Below are positions 59,063 to 64,000 of a stretch of DNA of 64,000 nucleotides, piece after piece (positions within the stretch are counted from its first letter, which is position 1; each line of letters begins with the position of its first letter). The stretch is taken from positions 199,818-263,817 of the forward strand of contig CAZBAP010000001.1 of assembly GCA_964489795.1 (NCBI GenBank), given 5' to 3'. The position numbers and the translations under genes were made by a program. Source of the DNA: an uncultured Flavipsychrobacter sp. GTDB taxonomy: Bacteria > Bacteroidota > Bacteroidia > Chitinophagales > Chitinophagaceae. Under the pieces are notes generated by a model. That model had not been told where the DNA came from. It searched no databases and saw only the letters and a program-made list of their open reading frames with translations.

Positions 59063-59491
59063 ATGAAAAAAGTACTCAAAAGCGCCTTACCGGTATTGCT
59101 GACCATAGCCACACTAAGTGCCTGCACCCGCGGCGCCCGAACCACTTCGGGGCATTTTATCAATGCAGCCGCATCTACCGGCACCAGTGTCTCCACCTCT
59201 GACCCTAACATACATAGCAGCGGCACGGTAGGCGGCAATGTAAAACTGGCAGGAGTAACAACCTCGTCTGAAGTTGAAATATGGTTTCTCTCCTACCCCG
59301 GCACTACAGGCACCTTTACATTAGACAATGTAAACCGTGGAATTATTTACGGATATACTTCGGATACCGCAGTATGTGTGTCCGGTACACTCACCATAAC
59401 CTCGGTTACCCCTGATGTCGTCGGCACATTTAGTTATACCCGCAATGATATGAGCACAGTCACAGGTTCTTTTAACGTACCTGCCCCGTAA
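59063..59491 (+). CDS. Hypothetical lipoprotein
   Basis: MKK...TLSAC lipobox; GTLTITS...GTFS...VTGSF beta motif. Confidence 0.75.
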   Translation: MKKVLKSALPVLLTIATLSACTRGARTTSGHFINAAASTGTSVSTSDPNIHSSGTVGGNVKLAGVTTSSEVEIWFLSYPGTTGTFTLDNVNRGIIYGYTSDTAVCVSGTLTITSVTPDVVGTFSYTRNDMSTVTGSFNVPAP

Positions 59492-59515
59492 ATAACTACC
59501 CTGATCTTACCGATA

Positions 59516-59540
59516 AAACAGGCGCCAATGGCGCCTGTTT
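59516..59540. terminator. Bidirectional terminator
   Basis: aaacaggcgcca-a-tggcgcctgttt between convergent genes. Confidence 0.7.
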
Positions 59541-59585
59541 GTATTATGCTATATGGAGTGGCCCCGCCTGTGGCAGAGATACCGA

Positions 59586-61622
59586 TCACTTCAAAGTCTC
59601 ATCGAGCCATTTAAAGAACTCACGCTGCCATGCAATGCCGTTTTGCGCATGCAACACCCAGTGATTCTCGTTTGGCAGGTACAGCAGTTTTGCCTTTACA
59701 TTGTGCAGACGGGCTGCCTGGAATGCTTCGAGCCCCTGCTCTATAGGCACACGATAGTCGAGACCACCCTGCACGATCATTATGGGCGTGTTCCATTTGT
59801 TCACAAAATTGCTGGGGTTGAATTTTTCATAGCTGGCAGGTGGAGGTGACTTCCAATACGGCCCGCCTATATCCCAGTTGGCAAACCACAGCTCCTCTGT
59901 AGTGCCATACCAACTCTTAAGATCGAACAAGCCATCGTGTGCAATGAATGTTTTGAAACGATTGTTGTGCATACCGGCCAGCATGTACACACTGTAGCCG
60001 CCATAGCTGGCACCCACACAGCCGAGGCGGCTCTTGTCTACATAAGGCTCTTTGCTGATATCGTCTATAGCTGCCAGGTAATCCTGCATAGGCAGGCCAC
60101 CCCAGTCTTTGCTGATTTCCTCATTCCACTTAACGCCCCAGCCCGGCATGCCGCGACGGTTTGGCGCTATGATTATATAACCCTGCGCGGCCATGAGTTG
60201 GAAGTTCCACCTGATGCTGTAGAACTGCGACAAGGCGCTCTGCGGCCCACCCTGGCAATACAGCAGCGTGGGGTATTTCTTTTTGGGGTCGAAATCGGGC
60301 GGATAGATGACCCAAGCATGCAGCGTGGCGCCGTCTGTCGTGTTTATAGAGCGGAGCTTGGTCTGGCTCATTGATATTTTCACATAGGTCTTATCGTTCT
60401 CGTGCGAGAGTTGTATCATGTCGCCATACTTTGGCTTTACGGCGTATATCTCAGTGGCATGGTTCATATCGCAACGGGATACAATGATGTAATCACCTGC
60501 CTGGCCCAGTATACCATTCACGTCCCACTTGCCCTGCGTGATCATGTTTATAGGGTGGTTGATGGTCTCGCGCTCAGGCACCTGAACCTCAAATAACTGC
60601 TGCGTGCCTTCGAAAGGAGCATTGAAAAGGATCTTAGTATCCCTGAAGCCCCATACAAAACCATCGACGGTGCCATCCCAGCGGCCGGTAAGGTTTGTCT
60701 TCTTTTTGCTATCCACATCCATTACCACGATATCATTTTTATCAGCTTCGTAGCCATCGCGGCCCATGCTGAGCCATGCCAGCTTTTTGCCATCGCGGCT
60801 GAAAACGGGGTTCATATCATAACCGGGCATTTCTTCGGTCCAGTTTTCGGTAGTATTCTTCTCTGTATTGTAATAATAAAGGTCTGTATTGGTGCTCTGC
60901 GCGTAGTCTTTGCCTGTTTTCTTCTTGCAGACATATACAAATCCCTTGCTGTCGGGCGCCCAGTTGAGGTCTTCGGAGCCACCGAAGGGTTTTTGCGGAC
61001 AGTCGTACGCCTCATCTTCCATAATGTCTTTTACGGTGCCGTCTTTAATATTGGCCACGAAAATGTGCGAGAACTTACCATCTTCCCAGGTATCCCAGTG
61101 GCGGTACATAAGATCGGTATATACCTTAGCGGTAGTATTGGGCAGATCGCTGTATATATCAGCGCCCTGCATAGGCTTTACCAGCACATCTTTAGAGAAT
61201 GCCACATACTTACCGTTTGGTGATACCCATACATTTTCGGCATCCTGCAGGCCGGTATATATCTCTTTCCATGTGCTGCCGCTGTCTGTGCTCTCATAGA
61301 GGATATTGTCATAGTTAGCATACCACGCCTTGTCAAAGCGCTGCAGGTTGGTTTTGCCAGCCTCGGTGGTCCATTCTTTTTTGGTACCATCTGCCACATT
61401 GATCCGATAGTGGTGCATTACGCTTTTCTCGGTCTTCCAGTCTACCGACTTTGAGGAGTAATAGGCATACTTGCCATCGCGGCTTACGCCATCGCCAGAT
61501 ACCCGTTTGAGGCTCCACAGCAGTTCGGGGGTCATACGGTCCTGGGCAGCCGCAGTGCCGGCGGCCAGAAGGAAGAACATTGCAACAGCCAGTAAGGGCG
61601 TACCACGTAGTATGTATCTCAT
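59586..61622 (-). CDS. S9-family peptidase (dipeptidyl-peptidase 5-like)
   Basis: GGPQ, GASYGG nucleophile, DYRVP, ENHWV; signal peptide and propeller domain. Confidence 0.93.
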   Translation of the reverse strand: MRYILRGTPLLAVAMFFLLAAGTAAAQDRMTPELLWSLKRVSGDGVSRDGKYAYYSSKSVDWKTEKSVMHHYRINVADGTKKEWTTEAGKTNLQRFDKAWYANYDNILYESTDSGSTWKEIYTGLQDAENVWVSPNGKYVAFSKDVLVKPMQGADIYSDLPNTTAKVYTDLMYRHWDTWEDGKFSHIFVANIKDGTVKDIMEDEAYDCPQKPFGGSEDLNWAPDSKGFVYVCKKKTGKDYAQSTNTDLYYYNTEKNTTENWTEEMPGYDMNPVFSRDGKKLAWLSMGRDGYEADKNDIVVMDVDSKKKTNLTGRWDGTVDGFVWGFRDTKILFNAPFEGTQQLFEVQVPERETINHPINMITQGKWDVNGILGQAGDYIIVSRCDMNHATEIYAVKPKYGDMIQLSHENDKTYVKISMSQTKLRSINTTDGATLHAWVIYPPDFDPKKKYPTLLYCQGGPQSALSQFYSIRWNFQLMAAQGYIIIAPNRRGMPGWGVKWNEEISKDWGGLPMQDYLAAIDDISKEPYVDKSRLGCVGASYGGYSVYMLAGMHNNRFKTFIAHDGLFDLKSWYGTTEELWFANWDIGGPYWKSPPPASYEKFNPSNFVNKWNTPIMIVQGGLDYRVPIEQGLEAFQAARLHNVKAKLLYLPNENHWVLHAQNGIAWQREFFKWLDETLK

Positions 61623-61819
61623 ATTATTTATTGAAGCGCCAAAAGTAATAATAATACAGCGGAAATGCCTCCCGCCTTTTTTCGTTTTTAAGCAATCACC
61701 CGACCGCTAGAGAGGGCAACAGCAGGCTGATGTACCCGGTAATGATGAGGCGGAATGTTACGTTTTTTCAGAAAAAATATTTTTTGTTAACGGAATTGAT
61801 AATCAACAAGTTACACCGA

Positions 61820-61863
61820 AAAATGTTACAAAAAGGTTACGAAAAGGTTACAAAAAGGTTTCA
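61820..61863 (+). repeat. Four tandem 11-bp repeats (AAAAGGTTACA consensus)
   Basis: aaaatgttaca aaaaggttacg aaaaggttaca aaaaggtttca. Confidence 0.85.
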
Positions 61864-62420
61864 CTTTCTACCCGGCTCCAGGCCATACCAACCAGGGAGT
61901 ATCTATGACGCCATAAAGGTAAAGACACATAGCGTACGCGCCAAATAAAGATACCCACAAAAATGAGGCGCATATGTGGCTAAGATGCGCGTCCGGAAAA
62001 GGTTTGGGGTGGGTTGTTTTTTGTGGGTAAATAATTTGAGGGGCGGGTGTGTATCTGCGCAGAGGCAAATGACATATTTTATTCACTATGTTTTTTTACC
62101 CTGTAATTTTCCCACATAAATGATCAGATAAGAAGATAGGGTCTGTAAAAGAGGGAAAAGTATTTTTTGCGGCTCCCGAAAGGACACCCATATTATAGCT
62201 ATTTTAACGAAGTAATATCACAGAGGCATCGGAGGCGGGCACCTTTACGCTGCTTACGCTTTTGGGACAACAAATAATGGGATACAGCGTTATCAATGGT
62301 AAAACGGATCTACAGTTTCCTTTAAAAATAATACCCGGCATTTACCTGGGTGTATACAAGCCGGGTAACGGAGGCAAAACCAAAGAAATAAAATTTGTGT
62401 ACCAACCATAACATCAAATA

Positions 62421-64000
62421 ATGGCATACACGACAAAATCAAAATGGTTTGTATTACTAGCAGTGGCGCTTTTAGTAGCGCCACTGTTTTCGAATGCACA
62501 GCAATTTCAAAGATTATTTGATGATGATTCTACTCAAGACTGGGGATGGTGCATGTTGATCAATCCAGATTCAAACTATTTTATTTGCGGATGGTCTTAT
62601 AACCCAACAACAAACAAGTTTTCATCGTTTGATATGACCGTGGATAAGGCTAGTAAAAATGTCTTTAGCAGAAAACTTTTTAAGTTTGACACCGGATATA
62701 TTGGGCCAGGAAGTTCCGGAGAAATGTATAGATTACATGATACCGGTTATATCACTCCACTTATCCGACAATGGCCTAATGCAACAACAGGTTATTTGTA
62801 CAGTGCAGGCGGGATAATGAAACTAAATGCGTCTGGAGATACAACCCTTTTAAAGACTTACACAGACACTTCCAAGCATTATGATGTGATATACACGCTT
62901 GCTATAATGCAAGATGGTGGATACTTGTTGGGAGGGGGCCATGGACTAAATACTCCGTCTCATTATCCCGGTTATTTAATTCGCACTAATGCTCTTGGTG
63001 ATACTTTATGGACAAAGACTTTTCAAAGGGACACTTCAGATTCGTATACAATAACTAATATAATCCCTTTGGCAGATGGAAGAATTGTAGTTGCTGCAAC
63101 GTTTCCACGTACCGGATGGTTTGGTTCTATAAGTTACACGCAGAATGTACCGTGGTTCTTGCTACTGGATCAAAATGGAAATATTATAAAGGATTCCATT
63201 TACAGTAGCTTATATATGGCTGGCAGGATTGGAATATGTGGTAATTTATATAGTGATATAAATGGTGGATATGTATTTATTGGCGTTTATGATTCTATTT
63301 ATTCAACTTCACCGGTTGACTTTCTGTATAATGCAGAAAATTTCCCCGCATTTATAGCCCACCTTGATACTAATTTTGATATTACCTGGATTACTTCTCT
63401 TTCGTATTCTGATGATATTGGTCACAGGCAGCCTGTAGTGGTCAGACAGACAAAGGACAGCAGTTATATCATTGTTGGAGATGACTGGAATAATATTAGT
63501 CCTTATAATTTAGGGTTTGCTGCGAAAATTGACCGCAATGGCAACATTATATGGAGCCACAATTATTTTAGCTCGCCATTACAAAACGCATATTTTCGCG
63601 ATGCAGTAGAAGAATCAAATCATAATCTCATATTTATTGGTGCTGCTTTTAATGATACTTTACCGACATGGCATAGGCAAAAGGATGTTTGGTTGGTGGG
63701 TGTAGACAGCAACGGCTGCGAAGTGGCAGGCTGCAATATTAAGACTTCGGTAGCGCTGTGGCCCGAGGCAAAAGGAAATGGATTGGCAGTATACCCCAAC
63801 CCCAATACCGGCACATTTGTAATACGGCTATCTGCTGATAATGATGAGCCGGCACATATCACCATCACAGACATTACCGGCAGAACAATAAAAGACTTTG
63901 CCACCCCCACAAATAATGACACCCCACTACAACTAAACCAGCCGGGGATGTATTTTGTAACAGCAACTACAGAAGCAGGCCGGTGGTGCAGGAAAGTGGT
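62421..64000 (+). CDS. T9SS type-A sorting-domain protein (runs off window)
   Basis: Not in the ORF track. Signal peptide MAYTTKSKWFVLLAVALLVAPLFSNA; GDT.WTK-type propeller repeats; in-frame CTD VYPNPNTG...DITGR...PGMYFV...KV. The middle was not checked codon by codon. Confidence 0.85.
   Translation, partial: MAYTTKSKWFVLLAVALLVAPLFSNAQQFQRLFDDDSTQDWGWCMLINPDSNYFICGWSYNPTTNKFSSFDMTVDKASKNVFSRKLFKFDTGYIGPGSSGEMYRLHDTGYITPLIRQWPNATTGYLYSAGGIMKLNASGDTTLLKTYTDTSKHYDVIYTLAIMQDGGYLLGGGHGLNTPSHYPGYLIRTNALGDTLWTKTFQRDTSDSYTITNIIPLADGRIVVAATFPRTGWFGSISYTQNVPWFLLLDQNGNIIKDSIYSSLYMAGRIGICGNLYSDINGGYVFIGVYDSIYSTSPVDFLYNAENFPAFIAHLDTNFDITWITSLSYSDDIGHRQPVVVRQTKDSSYIIVGDDWNNISPYNLGFAAKIDRNGNIIWSHNYFSSPLQNAYFRDAVEESNHNLIFIGAAFNDTLPTWHRQKDVWLVGVDSNGCEVAGCNIKTSVALWPEAKGNGLAVYPNPNTGTFVIRLSADNDEPAHITITDITGRTIKDFATPTNNDTPLQLNQPGMYFVTATTEAGRWCRKV

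Noticed and set aside
1130..63922. Numerous 60-250 aa ORFs antisense to or nested in long genes (e.g. 10415-11176, 40687-41379, 63620-63922)
   Set aside because: They overlap well-supported genes and show no recognisable motifs.

Overview
Bacteroidota DNA, inferred from TAnnTTTG -7 promoter elements, a T9SS C-terminal sorting domain and a Bacteroides-type integrase. Four blocks. (1) 1-16083, minus strand: an AlgoCIS/Afp/PVC-like contractile injection system (cap, putative cap adaptor, sheath, two tubes, an unannotated 56-aa plug-like gene, Afp7, VgrG, PAAR, gp25, two baseplate proteins, and an Afp13-like gene running off the window). (2) 16.5-24.8 kb: antiporter, DUF1801, lipocalin, and a type I R-M locus bracketed by a 41-bp direct repeat. 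(3) ~25.1-50 kb: an accessory stress/low-oxygen gene block (usp, mlaEFD, L,D-transpeptidase, acetyl-CoA hydrolase, MacAB-TolC-like, hsp20, lpxR, ppsA, adh, aeRF1-like, small proteins). Its most striking feature is one rigid promoter layout repeated 14 times: TGAY-N4-RTCA boxes 22 bp apart, with the proximal box starting exactly 35 bp upstream of the -7 element. No cognate regulator is encoded in the window. A tRNA-Ser-adjacent integrase module with DUF262 + HEPN cargo follows (50.2-55.3 kb). (4) 55.3-64 kb: tRNA-Ser, msrA, csp, desaturase, lipoproteins, S9 peptidase, T9SS substrate. All family calls come from motif recognition by eye; no database searches were run.
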